Positions 46,201 to 59,517 of a stretch of DNA of 64,000 nucleotides are shown here, piece after piece. This DNA is from Gnetum montanum (lineage: Eukaryota > Plantae > Gnetophyta). Position 1 is the first letter of the stretch. Each line of letters opens with the position of its first letter. A program made the translations under genes and the position numbers. The DNA is taken from the NCBI GenBank assembly GCA_015680685.1, contig MNCI01003248.1:1-64000 (forward strand), written 5' to 3'. The notes beneath the pieces are model-generated. The model was not told the origin of the DNA, did not search any database, and was given only the letters and a program-made list of their open reading frames with translations.

Positions 46201-49200
46201 TTTGTCATGGGGGAGATGGCCACCAATGCTAGTCATTCTAAGCCCTTAGTTTCTTTTGTCTTTTTTATTTTTACACATTTTTATTTTACACATTTTTCAT
46301 ATTTACTTGTTTTTGTTTTACACCATCATTAACATTTTTACTATTTCTTTCTCTATTACATTTTGTTTGATTTACTCTCACTCATCATATAATAAGTGCT
46401 TATGATGGTAGATTGTACTATAATAGTGTTGATTGCTAATGTTTGGTTCTTACCTTTGACTTTCAATGTGATGCTAAGATATGGTTTCTTTTGATAAAAT
46501 AGCCAATGAGTCCATGTCATTCGTTCATCCACTCAACTCTATGATCTCCCTTGGTTTTAGAACTATATTATCCCTTTTTCTAAGCAAACTTATTAATGAA
46601 TTTGTGGCTTAGTATTCTTCAAACCAAGGAAAGATTCAAATGGATTGAAAACGGTGTGACTTCAAGGGGGATTCAATGCATTTATGTTGGCCACTCTCTT
46701 GAGTACTTGGATGTTTTTCATGGGTCTCCCCCATTCTGCTATTGACCAATATTAGGAAGTTGACTAAATTAAATAAGTCTTTGCATGGTGTGATTCTCAG
46801 TCAAAAATGAAAAAAAAAACACCTAGTGGGAATTCAAAGCATACCCCTTAGACATAATAAAGAAACATGGGCTACAAGCACTGGTTATGGCATTGGAAAG
46901 ACATGTTACCCATGCCTGAAGATTTCCTCTAACTAACACCCTTTCTCGCTTCCTGCTTCTCTGTTCTTCGCTTGTTGGAATGTTAGTTGCTCTGTAAAAG
47001 CATTCTTGCTGCTTCAGGAGGATGGGTAGGTCAAGTGTGTCAATGCGAGGTCACTGGATGTGGTTAGTTTTAATCTAGATTTGGAATGAATTTTATTAAG
47101 TCACCGTAACCACATAATACATAAGGGACTTTACACAAGCTTGATTTTGGGATCTCATTCCATTCTCTCTTCTTTTTCCATATTTCTTCCCAATATTCCA
47201 CCTCATTGCTGATTTTATGATTAGTATATATTTTGGTTGATGCATTATTATTCTTTGGTAAATTCTTGTCGGTGAATTCTTAATAATTGTCTCAATATGT
47301 CATTCCAAGAGCCTACAGACTCTTCAGTTTGTGGGTTTGTCAAGGCATAAAGGGCATGAGCCTACTTTGGGAAGGACCCACTGACATTTCTTTTTGGTGC
47401 AATTGTTAAGTTTTTTTCCTTAAAACATTTCTTGCAATCAACTATTTCTCATTTTATCCCATCCATGACATCCATTTTTATTTTTGTTTTATTGGCTTCA
47501 CCATTGTTATTTCTCTCATCGTTCTTGTTCTTTCGTTTTCCATCTTATTGCTATCAGAGGTTTGCTCTTGGTCATGGGGGCCTGTCGCAAGTTTTTCCAT
47601 TTCGTTACTTATCTCATCCCTACACCTTGGGTAGTTATCAGTTACAAACCTCTAACCCAATATCTACCATACCCACAACCTAGCCAGTGTGCTTCATATC
47701 AAGGCAAGGTATCAATTACATTATATCTTATCTATCCTTGCTAATTCATGACTGTGTTGTGTGTGTAGATGGCAATCACATGAACAATGGACTGGGATAG
47801 GAGGAAGCACACAGGATGGACTGGAGCTGGAGTGTTTACGCAAGGAACACGCTTAATCATGTGGCCATGGATGAACAATGGTGTGCACAATTTTGACATC
47901 GGTAGCAACGCACCTCATTTTCTTTCTTCTCTCTCTCTTTAAGCTATCAAAAGAGGGTTTGGATGTCATCCATGTACAGTGTTCACCATAGTGGTTATGA
48001 ACACCAATGTTGTAATATGTTTGTCGATCCGTTCACCAAGCACTTTGAGTCTGTCATTCCATGTCATCATCAGTTGTCATTCAGTCAATAATCCGATACC
48101 TTCCTAATATTTTGTAAGGAGCTTGAGGACGAATTTTCATTCAATCATGGGGGTATGATGAGTCACTATATCGGATCCCCGATATCGGATATGCAATATC
48201 AGAGGTACCGAAGCAATATCGGACATGCGATATCGGAGCCTGTCTCATTGCCTATAAATAAGAGACCGAGACACTTGGTTTGGTNTCACTATATCGGATC
48301 CCCGATATCGGATACGCGATATCAGAGGTATCGAAGAAATATCGGACATGCAATATCAGAGCTTATCTTATTACCTATAAATAAGAGACCGAGACACTTG
48401 GTTTGGTATTAGTTTTTTAGTCCCTTAGCCGAACTCTTGTAGTTTTCCCTTCCAAAGTTAGAATTATTTCTGAGTGCCCGCAATAGGAGTCATAGAGTGA
48501 ACGGATCTTTATTCGAGCATTGTGTACCTAAGCACACCTTGTGACTGGAAATAAAGACAAACTTTATGATAAACCTTGCAACATTCAGAATAGCTTAATT
48601 ATTGCATTTCATGTTATTTACAGTTATTTGATGCTTTCAATAGTTAATCAATGTTATTTCTATTGAATTGTTAATTATCAATGAATTAGCACACTTAGCA
48701 TGACCACTTCGAGCATACGTGGAACACTTGGTAACCTAGTAACGACTAGCATTTGGTAACCCCAGTAGTGTTACACTAGTTCAAGATGTGTCCAGAGAGT
48801 GGGAACGGATGTTGGTGTTAGGATTAGTTAGAGAATAGTTAATTAGTTAAAGTAACTTAGTTATTAAATTACTTCATTTCTCTCTTTTAAGCATAAAACA
48901 ATAAAAATCACATACCTTGAGTTTACTTAACCATACCATTGTGCCTTACAAGTAAGCTTGGGAAGACAATGATCACATAACTCATCCTAGTTCTATGTAA
49001 GTGCATAAGCACTTAATCCTTAGAGTTCAACCGAATCGTGCGTGAACGCTCGTATTCATATGGTTAGGCATAGGGGTATCTCACTGCTCATTAATAACTA
49101 ACACAAAACTTTTGTGGAACTGAATAGTATGTTGGATCTAATTTTTATCTTTTCAATTTCTCTTCAATGGATTTGATATTTCTAGAATTCCCCTATAGGG

Positions 49201-49586
49201 GATTTTAAATTACCTCTAATTTTTGCAATTGATGCCAAAAATTTTGTTTCTTTTATCAACAAGGAAATTTTTGTCAATTTTGAAAATGCAAAATTACAAG
49301 CTATGAGCAAAAAGTTGAGACACCTTCCTCTCGTGATGTTGAAGCAACTAAGACACTTAATTGATCTCCTTAATGATAAATATGAGTCACTAGTAGCTAA
49401 TCTTACATCACAATATGTGTTCATTTTAAAATTTTGTTACTTGTCTCATAATTAATGTTTTGCTTCATTGTTACAAGATCTGATACAAAAACATGACATT
49501 CAAGTAGTTCATGCCAAGTAACATTCTCATTTTTTTCTGCATGCTAGGTAATACTTCCATGGTGTAGCATATCCTAGATTTAGGGT

Positions 49587-50365
49587 TGATGAGTGGCGAG
49601 GTACCCCTACACTCAACCATACGAATACGAGTGTAACACACGTGATCCAGTCGAACTCCGCAGACTAAGTGCCTACACGTCTCATGGAACACTTAAGGTT
49701 AATTATTTGTTGTCTTCCTAGACTTACTTGTATTTGTCACGGTGTATGGTTAAGTAAGTCTGAGGCATATGATTTTTATAGGTTTTTCTGTTTTATCTCC
49801 TATGCTGAGAGGTGAAGGGTTGACGAGACTAATTACTAACTCTAACTAACTAACTAAGTCTGAATTAACCTAGCATCAGCATCCGTTCCCACTTACCATT
49901 CACACCCTTAACCAATGCAACCGTGGTTACCAAACACTAGTCGTTACTGGGATCACCACGCGTAACACACATGCTCGAAGCGGTCGTACTGAGGCACTTA
50001 ACTAGGAGAGAAGGGTTGAGAGAGATTTGATGACTAATAAAGCATTTAAATGGTAAACAGTAAATAACAATAAATAAAGTCCTAATTAGCCTATTCCATG
50101 CACTGCAAGGTTTATCCAGGAAGTTTGTCTTTATTTCCATACACAAACTTGTGTTCAGGTACAATGTCTGCTCGAATAAAGATCCGTTCACTTTGGAGTT
50201 CCTACTACGGGCACATGGAAAATATTCTATCTCTGGAGGGATCAAACTGCCAAAGTTTCACTACGGTCTAAGCCTAGGATGAGAAACAAGGGAGAGCTGC
50301 CTCTTATTTATAGATATGACGGTGCACCCGCGATATTGCAGCCCCTGCGATATCGCCTCCCGTCG
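49587..50365 (-). mobile_element. Solo LTR, TSD AGGGT
   Basis: AGGGT at 49582-49586 and 50366-50370; family LTR body; right terminus reads CGTCG instead of CATCA. Confidence 0.9.
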
Positions 50366-50940
50366 AGGGTCTTTTATACATAAGCATGTAGTGTTGATCA
50401 TTCATGAGTGAACTCTAGATTTTGATGTTCAAGCTACAAAATATTATAAATTTTCATGTATTATGAAGCTATTTAATATTCTACTAATTTTAAAAAAACC
50501 GTAGTAGGAAATTATTAATCTTCTTAGTCCTATTAAGCATATGAAATTTATTTCTACAACATTTGATTTTGGTAAACGTTTTTTTTTTGTTGAAATTAAT
50601 CTTCTTAACTATAAAAAGGAATTACTATTACAAGAAAGTAGGAAGACTTACATTTAGCCAATTACATATTATAATCTTTCTAATTCTTATAACTTTTACC
50701 ATCATGAAGAACATTTATTTGATGCTTGTCATTTTCTACTCAAGAAACAAGATATCGAAAAAAAACATGTTGAATATAAAGATAGAAAAAATCAATCTAA
50801 AATTGAAGATAGAAAAAATCAAGTTAATGTCAATGATAAAATTAATCAAATTGCAATAAAGAAACTAAAGAGGATAGAAGCTTTTGTGAATTTTTTTATT
50901 TGTACTAGATGAAGTATTAATCAATCTAGATAAATAGCTT

Positions 50941-53900
50941 AACATTTCTTACTAGAATCAAACCCATAACCTAAAGCTTCCAAATCAAGAATCTTAACAC
51001 TAGGCTAACACCTCATTGTTAATAGTGTATTAACCTATGACTTGCAAACCACAAGCTACATTCTCTAACTAACTAAATGATGTCTCACTAACACTACGAC
51101 CAATAGTTATCATCATCTTGGTGCCTTTATCCCATCATCATAGGCTAAACTCTTAGGATAAACAAAGATTTGAGGGTGATTTTTATGGCTAAATGTTGAC
51201 CTAACATCATAGTCTTGAAGAGTATTTTTTTCTCATGCCTCTATGTTCAAACTACATTCTCTAACTAAGTGAACTATGCATCACTAATAAAAAAGACCAA
51301 TAATTATGCTTATTACAGTATTATGTAAGTTCCACCAAAATATTATGCTATTGTGGGGTATATGAGCCTAGTTTTATTTCATGTTATAAGGCTCACTTAG
51401 TTAAAGTATGGAGTTTATGCTTTGCATGTCACAAGTTCAATTCCAAGGGATATGTTATTTCTCATCATATTACATATAGATAGCATATTTTACTTTTAGT
51501 ATAGGAAGTATTAATAAGTTTGGGTAGATAGTAGATACGGAAAATTTTTGCTTTTGTAAATAGATTATTGTATACCCAAAGATGAAATATTTTGTTGACA
51601 AATGGGGTTTAGAATATTATAAAGAGACTTAATGTAAGGTCAATCATAACGAACATTATGTGTCAGCATTTATTTTATAACTTCATCTCGTACAAAAGTT
51701 GGTATTTCAAGGGGGATGTTGAAACCCCAAAATAATTGTAATATAGGCATGCCTCCTCATATATATAGTCCAATTAAAACTTAAAAATTGACATTATCTA
51801 CTAGAATTGTACCACTAGGTTAACACTTCATTATTAAAAGATGGTATTTCGATAAAGTTTTCTATTACTACATCCAATTCTTTTACTATTTTTAAGTTCA
51901 AGTATAAATATTGAAAATTATATAAATATCATTAAGATTGAGACCATTCTCCCTACTAACAATTAAATGTCCTCTCTAGTTTTTTTAAGCATCTATTATA
52001 AGATTGTTCATGTGAGTGAACATCCCTAAATTAGAAAGTTATTCATTTCCATGTTGTTTTCATGGCTTTTTACTCAATGATTAAGCATGTGACATACTTT
52101 GAATTTTTTTTGCTTATTATTAATTATTTTGGGTCTAATACCTCCCCTCTCATTCCTTGTAATTTTACGTAAGTTCTTACTAGACATTATATACTATTAT
52201 GAGTATGAAATCCTAGTTTTAATTTCACCTTCCACTATTACCTTGACATGGAACTTGTAGTTTACAAGCCATAAGGTTTAATTCCAAGGAGTACACTAAC
52301 ATGACATCATTATGTTCTAGTTAGTTTTATAAAAGCATCCTATTAGTTATAATTAATAAGATACCTATAATCATAATTTTGATTTTCAATAGTGTCATGT
52401 GCTTAGTCTATTCGATGATGGGATGTGATGTTTTATCTAATTTTTTAAGCAAATCTTATATTTTTTTCAATGGATCTTATGTTTCTCTAGCAAGTTTGAT
52501 TTTTTAAAGTGGATCTAATATTTCTTAGCAAATCTAATTTTTTTTAGTAGATCTAATTCTTCTCTCTTTAGTTTTTCTCTAGAATTCCCCTACGGGGCAA
52601 TCTATATTACTCCCAATTTCTTCAACTAAAATTAAAATTTTACTTATTTTATTAATGTGAAATTTTTTGTTGATTCTCAAAATGCAGATTTACAAGATGG
52701 TAAGGAAAAAAGTTGGAATGCCTTCTTATAGTGATGTTGCTACAACTAAGACATTTGATTTTGTTATTCTTGATGATGTATATAAGTTATTAGTTGCTGA
52801 TCTTTCATCACAATATGTGTTTATTCAAATTTTGGGTTTCCTGCTCGTAATTGAGTGTTTTGTATCGCAATTAAATGATATAATGAAAAAACATGACATC
52901 GAAGTCCTTCATGTCATGTGGTATTCTTGTTGAGTTAGGCAATGCTTCCATGGCGCAATGTGTCCTAGATATATGGTCTTTTATACATAAGCATGCAATT
53001 TTTATGTCCAATTTGAAAAATGTGCTAAAGTTCCACATTTTGTGAAGTTATATAATCTTTAGTTGATTTTTTAGAAAGTTAAGTAAGAAATTGTTAGTTT
53101 TCTTAATCCCATTACATACATGCAGCCTATTTCTATAGCTTGTAGTTTTAGTATATGTTTTTTTTTTTTTTTGTTGAAATCAACCTTCTTAATCATAAAA
53201 AGGAATTGATATTACAAGTAGGAGTAAAGACTTACATTCTGCCAATTATATATTATGAAACTAAAATTTTTATACTTAGATCTACATAACAAGTTTCAAG
53301 ATTCCATTTACGAAATTTTTTTTAATTTAAAACTTAGTGTTGCATGGTAGAATCAAACTTGTGACATAAGGTTACTAGGTCATGGCCCTTACCACTAGGC
53401 TAATAGCTCATTGTTAATTCTTGCAAATTTTGCTATGGTAAGGACATTTGTTTAATGTTTGTCCTTTTCTACCCAAGAAAAAAGATTCTAAAGAAAAGAA
53501 AAAAGGCGCTAAAGTTGAAGATAGAAAAAAAATAATATGAAGTTGAAGACATGAAAAATCAAGTTAATATCAATGATAAGAATGATCAAATGGCAATAAA
53601 GAATCCGGGAGACAGAAGCTCCTATATATATTTTTGCTAACACTAAAGAAAGTATAAAGTAGTTCAGACAAATAGTTCATAAGGCAAAAATTTCCTTGTT
53701 TGACAAGAATACTATAAACTCAAGGACTAAGACTAGTGTTGACAAAAAAGGTATAGTCAATGATAAAGATTATTGATATAAGATCAATAACAAATGACTA
53801 GGTGAAGATTTTCCACCAATGGTGCCATTTTTTTTTTTGCTTTGAAACAAACATTAATATTAAGCCACAGCCATCTTAAATCCTTTTGCTATTTTAAGTC

Positions 53901-56900
53901 CAGCATGTATGTTCAACAATGATGTAAATTTTGCTTGGATTGAGACCTTCCTCCCTATTAACAATTAATTTTCTTTACTTATTTTTGCAAAGTTGTACAC
54001 CAATCCTATAACAAGAAAATTTTTCTCTTATATATATACATGACAATGTTTGATTTCTTTTATATATATATATACACACGACAATGTTTGCTCGGTATCA
54101 AGCTTATGATGTGATGTGCTGTGAATTTTTTTTCTCATTATGGATACTTTTTTTCCGGTCCAAACCCCAAGCCCTGATTTTGATTTCCATCACCATGCTA
54201 TTTCACAAGCCATAGTACAGCGTAACTAATTGTACCAGTACTGAACACTGCCTTTATGTTATAATAATAGGGAAAAAGTTGCCACTACCAAAATAGCCAG
54301 TACACTAGTGTAGGTGCCTAGGTCTCGGCCTCTTCTTCCACCCATTCTTCTTTTATGCACATTAGGGTTTAGCTTGAGCACTTACTATCCACGAATTAGA
54401 CCCTCCGCTAACGTTTCGACAAAGCCAGATCTTGAGCCATGATTAGGGTTTTAGATATGGTTCACAGGGGAATATGAAATGTAAATGGAAAGCTCGGAGA
54501 AACTATATGTAAATGTCCATTCGTTGGTCGTTTTGTTTATGTTGCTTCAGAGAAAATGTGATGTTGGCACTGTCTTAAAAGATGCACGACACACACACAG
54601 TTCGTGCTTTCTGAGACGTGCGGGCCACACAGAAAAAAGCTGCAGGAAGCCTTTGGACATGGAAAACTCCTGTTTCTCACTAACATTTTTCCATTTTCTC
54701 GGGGCTTCCACATTTATTGAGTTATTTGTTTGTTGGTTTTCTCTTTGATGGGGCTTCGACATTTATTTCTGTGTGTTTCGGTTTTGGGTCCTGGAAGGGC
54801 TGATTGATTTCGCAGCTCTATTTTTAGATGCAGGTCAAGAAAAACCACGTCTGAGAGAAGATAAACTATTGAAGGAGCAGATCCAGGGCAGACACGGGTA
54901 AATTATTGCTGCATGCAATGATTGAGGACAGCGAAGATATGGAAGAAATCTCAGGGAGTGACAGAAATAGAAGTGGATCAACAACCACATATATTGGGAA
55001 TAAACTTTTACGGGTGAGGAAATTGACGGATGTAGAGAGGATTTTATGTCATTGTATAAGTCATGGAAGACGCAGAGAGTCGATCCAAAACTTGCAGCCA
55101 GGGAAGGCAACAACACCGAATGGATTACAGAAGCCCGCCAGTGGTTTTACCATCCCGATATCCGGGAAATCACAATAGAATTATAAAAATTTTATGTACC
55201 GTCTGATGGCCTCCCGTCCACGGCCATATCTCACACTTTACTTGCTACAAGTGAGACTTGAAATCAAACTTTGCTATCGGCATTGATTTGCCAATGGAAA
55301 CACAAAGGGTGTGTTAAGAAACAAATTAATACAGGGTAACATTGAATTTTGTTTCAAGCTAAAAGCAATATATTTAGTAGCTGCATCGGCAAAAGTGATA
55401 TATGGTTTTTGATATCTACTCCAAGCTTGGAACATGCCTCAAACTTAGTATGGGGATGCTAATATAACCACAATCAAAATTAAATTGAACCTATAACTTT
55501 AGTGCTCAAATCCATTGAGGTTAACGATCTGTTGTTGGTACGTTCAATTGCCTTTCTTATTATTACATATTAAAGATAAGTATTCATCACACAATCTACT
55601 CCAAGCCTTATGGAAAGATTATATCAAAACAAGTAGCAAAATATAAGAGGAGGTATACATGGTGAGACAAAAAATCAACTCAAAGTAAACTAACCCGCCA
55701 TCCATTCAATTAGGAATGAGAAACTTAAAAAATTAACCCAATAGCAATTAACCCAATAGCAAACATTGAACTAGCAAGAGGAACTTTTTTTCTTTTTTCT
55801 TTTTTCTTTTGAGCCAACAACAAACCATACCTAATGCAACATTTGCACCTTCTAACATCTACCATGAAAAAACCACTTTTGCACTTTTTAACTTATACCA
55901 TGAAAATACCAAAAAATTGCACGAACAAAGTGCATGCACAACGTTTATCTAAGGGCTGTTGATCTAACTACATTTAACAATATTTACCCCTAAGTCGATT
56001 AGACTACATTTTTTAACAATATTTACCCCTTAGTAATAGGGTCAAATTAGAAATTTATAATTGAACATTGCTAGCTAGAATCAAACCCATATTTTAGAGT
56101 TTCTAATTCAAGAGTATTACTATTAGGCTAACACCTTAAAAAAATAAAAGGAAAAAAGGCTTTTAAATTATATTAAGAGAAGACTAAGGCCTAGCAAAGG
56201 TACAAGATCAAACATTGGACATTAGAGAACAATCCCCTCACGGGCAAGGATTACAAAGAAAACAAAATGAAAACCATAGGGAATAACTATAATTCTACCA
56301 CAATTAGACTGTATAACAAAATCCATTACATATGAGGGGACTGACTCATGTCTTGGTCAAATACTTATCCCACTAATTTTAGGGAAGAAGATGCTATACT
56401 AGAATGTAAAAAATCTAATTATTCTTTTTAAGCCACATCAACCACATTAGGAGAGGTGTAGGACCCCAAAATAAAGTACATCACATGCTTAGCATTGAGT
56501 ATATAACATTAGAAATAATATGGACAAAAAACATTCTAATTTTAGAAATGTCTACTTAGGTGTATAGCCTTACAATTGACGTTTTAAAAAATAAAGTAAA
56601 AAAAATTAATTGTTAATAGGAAGGAAGGTCTTGGTCCTAAAAACATTAACATCACTTTCAACTTCTATGCTTGAACTTAAAACAATAATAATATTCGAGA
56701 TAGAAAGTTATGGCTTAATACCAATATTTGTATCAAAGTAAGATTCACCAAAAAATGGTTGCACAACTACTAGATGACCTTCACCACAATGCTTGGTGTT
56801 AATTATACATCAAGAATCTTTACCATCAACTATAACCTTCTTGTTAACATTAGTTTTAATCTTTGAGTTAATAGTATTCTTGTTAGATAAGGAAAAATTT

Positions 56901-59264
56901 GCATTGCAAGCTATTTGGTGGGATTAATCAATACTCCTTATAGAAGTAAAAATATGCATAGTAGCTTTTGTTTTCTTTGGATTCTTTATTGTCATTTGAT
57001 CATCTTATAATTGAAATTAAGTTGATTTTTTCATATCTTCAACTTTAGATTATTCTTTTCTATCTTCAAATTTAATACATTTATTCTTTTCTTCAGCATC
57101 TTTTTTCTTGAGTAGAGAAGGAGAAGCATTAAATAGATTTTTTTCATAGTGATAAAATTTGCAAGAATTAAGAAGATTGTAATATGTAGTTGGTTGAATA
57201 TAAGTCTGTTTACTGACTAGGTTGTAAATCTACATTATTAGAATAAATAAAAATTCCCACATTGATAAAAGAAGAACATATTTCATTATTAATTAAGGAG
57301 GTTTGGACTAGCTTAGAATCCCCCATAGCAGAATTTTAGAGAAATTAGATCTGCTAGAGAAAATTCCAAGAGAAAAAATAAGATACATAGTAAAAACATC
57401 ATATCTACACAATATTTGAACTTTGGGGGGAGTTGAAACCTTAAAATAATTGTAATTTTTGAACATCATCCATGTGTGTAGGGAATAATGTACTCATTTT
57501 GTACCATAACATTGATGACAGAGCAAAATCCTTAGTCTCTCCATGCTTGCTTAATTTGCCTATGTATATTGACACTATTGGAATAGATGCATGATTGTTT
57601 CAACCTCCTTATGACAAAGGTAGCATTTAGAGAGAAGATAAGAACTCCTCTTTTGAAGAAAGTCATAATTGAGAACAACATTGTGTTCAACAAGCCATAG
57701 TACATGGTGGGTTGGGGGAGGGGAGGACTATTGTTAGAACCCCTAAATAATTATAATATAGATAGACTTAAAGATATATAGTCCAATGATAACTTTATAA
57801 TTCAACATTACCCATTAGAATTGAAGCCATGACTTGGAGCTTTCAAATTAATAGTCTTACTATTAGGCTAACACCTCATTATTTTCAACAAGGCATAGAG
57901 AAAAACAAACATTGGGATCATAAGGAGATAGCCAAAGATGAGCCTACCCTAACTCTCATGGAGAAAAGTTATATACTAGTTGTGGAATCCAATACTTTTG
58001 AGTAGCACAAGGAAATTGGAGAACATAATGGCAATATTACTGGGAGGGGTGTTGGGCAGAGGGTGGCAGGCACTTGGGAACCTAACACTACCAATTGAGA
58101 GATCAAATTACATGGTGTTAGACCCCTTGGTGATTTGATCTCTCAACTAGTTACCACACAAAAGATATAGTCAAATGAGAAATTTATAACTTAGCATTAT
58201 CCACTAGAATTGACCCCATAAGTTGAAGCTTCAAAATCAAGAGTCTTACCATTCATTGAGATATCAAATTATGACATTTGAAAGTTAAGCATGTGTTACA
58301 AGTTACATAATCCACTCACTATAAAAATGTGTTCCATGTGGCGCTGGGGAAGGAGGGTGTTGTACCCCAAAAAGAATAAATAGTAAATAATAGTTCAAGG
58401 GATGGTGGGGTATTAGATCCTTAAAAAATGAATAACAATATTAAAAAAAAGTTCAGACTACAGTAGAACATCAAAGAGAGAGTCTAAAGAAAAAGTCCAA
58501 TGGTTTTGGCAATGTCTTTTTAGGTTTTATCCTTACACCCAATCCTGAAAAAGCTCCCCTCTACAATAGGAAACAAATCAATGCTTGCCCTTATTTAGAA
58601 GCACCCTCATGGGTTTTAACTTCATACTGAAGTGTTTCTTGTAAAATAAAATAAAATAGATTAATAGATTAATCCATAAGTAGTGCAAATCATAGATCAA
58701 TGATAGATTAATAGTAATATTAATGGTTTGGTTAACAAATAAATAGTAAATAATAGTCTAATGCGTTGTTTAGGTATGAACCCATTACCCAATAAATATT
58801 CGAAGTCTAGTAACTAAAAGTGGAAAATAAAAATTGAAAAAGTTAAAGAAAATGTAATAATTGATATTGGAATTGTTTGAACCCCATAATCAATATTGGA
58901 ATTGTTTGAACCTCACATCCCAATGCTACTTTCTCTTGTAATAAGGAACATTAAAATTTTCAAAATTGATACAATTTTTTTCTTATTTTGAGCATGTACA
59001 TTTTCAACATTTTATGATATGTCACATATTTAATTTCAAAAGTTATCCAAAGACACTAATATATTTTATTTATAAAAGTAAAGAAAAAAAATTGTGAAAA
59101 CTAAAGATATAATACATAGATGTTGTAATCTTTTAAATATATTGTAGGGGATGTTGGAACTAGAACCAAATGTGTATATGTATCTTCAAAAGGTATAGCT
59201 TCCATGACACTTTTGTAGAACTTTATAACTCAAAGTTCTACCCATTGGAATTGAATCTCATTGT
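50941..59264 (-). mobile_element. Cluster of tRNA-Pro-related repeat copies and fragments: 50941-51020, 51711-51835, 53330-53415, 56040-56136, 57425-57457, 57710-57883, 58165-58258, 59146-59264 (also 36649-36717)
   Basis: Recurrent plus-strand blocks gttrgaacccc-aaaataattrtaat, tatatagtccaattagaacttta, ctagaatyraacccatrac, actaggctaacacctcattgtt. Confidence 0.7.
54360..54451 (+). promoter_or_regulatory. Two telo-boxes (ATTAGGGTTT at 54361 and 54442) after a pyrimidine patch
   Basis: Motifs are visible; the transcript they would serve is unidentified. Confidence 0.45.
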
Positions 59265-59345
59265 TGTGTTTTATATACATTGAATAAAAATATCATATTT
59301 CACTATATATAAACAAATCTTTTTGATGAAAGATATAAAAAATGC

Positions 59346-59517
59346 AAGGGACCACCACTTAGAGTAATGGTAAGGTGCTTGTTTCTCAAGTCATAAGACT
59401 TAGATGCAAGCCTATGTGCAACGACTTGAAAACATTAGGCTTTTGCTCCTTGAGTTACCCATCCATGACCCTAGTTAGTTAGAGAATGAGGATTCATCCT
59501 CTAGGTGATCCTTTTTT
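59346..59517 (+). mobile_element. tRNA-derived SINE with T-tail (Au-like layout), copy 2
   Basis: AAGGG..CTTAGAGTAATGGTAAGGTGCTTGTTTCTCAAGTCATAAGACTT.. ends GATCCTTTTTT; homologous to 17031-17190. Confidence 0.6.

Larger units (their letters stand above)
38391..49093 (+). mobile_element. Full-length decayed Athila-like Ty3/Gypsy element; 5' LTR 38391-39209, 3' LTR 48156-49093, TSD ATAAT/ATAAC
   Basis: Paired LTRs; degenerate tRNA-Asp PBS TAGTGCTATTGTTGGGGA (39211-39228); PPT TCATGGGGGTA (48145-48155); domain order gag-AP-RT-RH-INT; no chromodomain seen. Confidence 0.92.
49130..57380. repeat. Unclassified AT-rich repeat in three diverged copies: ~49130-50940 (split by a solo LTR), ~52470-53970, and inverted at ~56590-57380
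   Basis: Shared blocks: tctagaattcccctay.gggg, catcacaatatgtgtt, aaaaacatgacat, cttttatacataagcatg, gaagatagaaaaaa, aagttaatrtcaatgataa. The reverse complement of 53670-53780 is at 56810-56920. Confidence 0.65.

Noticed and set aside
48161-48410. ~124-bp tandem duplication at the start of the 3' LTR
   Set aside because: Copies are joined at a single N (48285) and the 5' LTR has one copy; probable unmerged overlap.
54355-54375. CTAAACCCTAA on the minus strand as a telomerase RNA template
   Set aside because: No USE/TATA Pol III promoter or G-rich 5' / C-rich 3' closing stem is visible; better explained as a telo-box.
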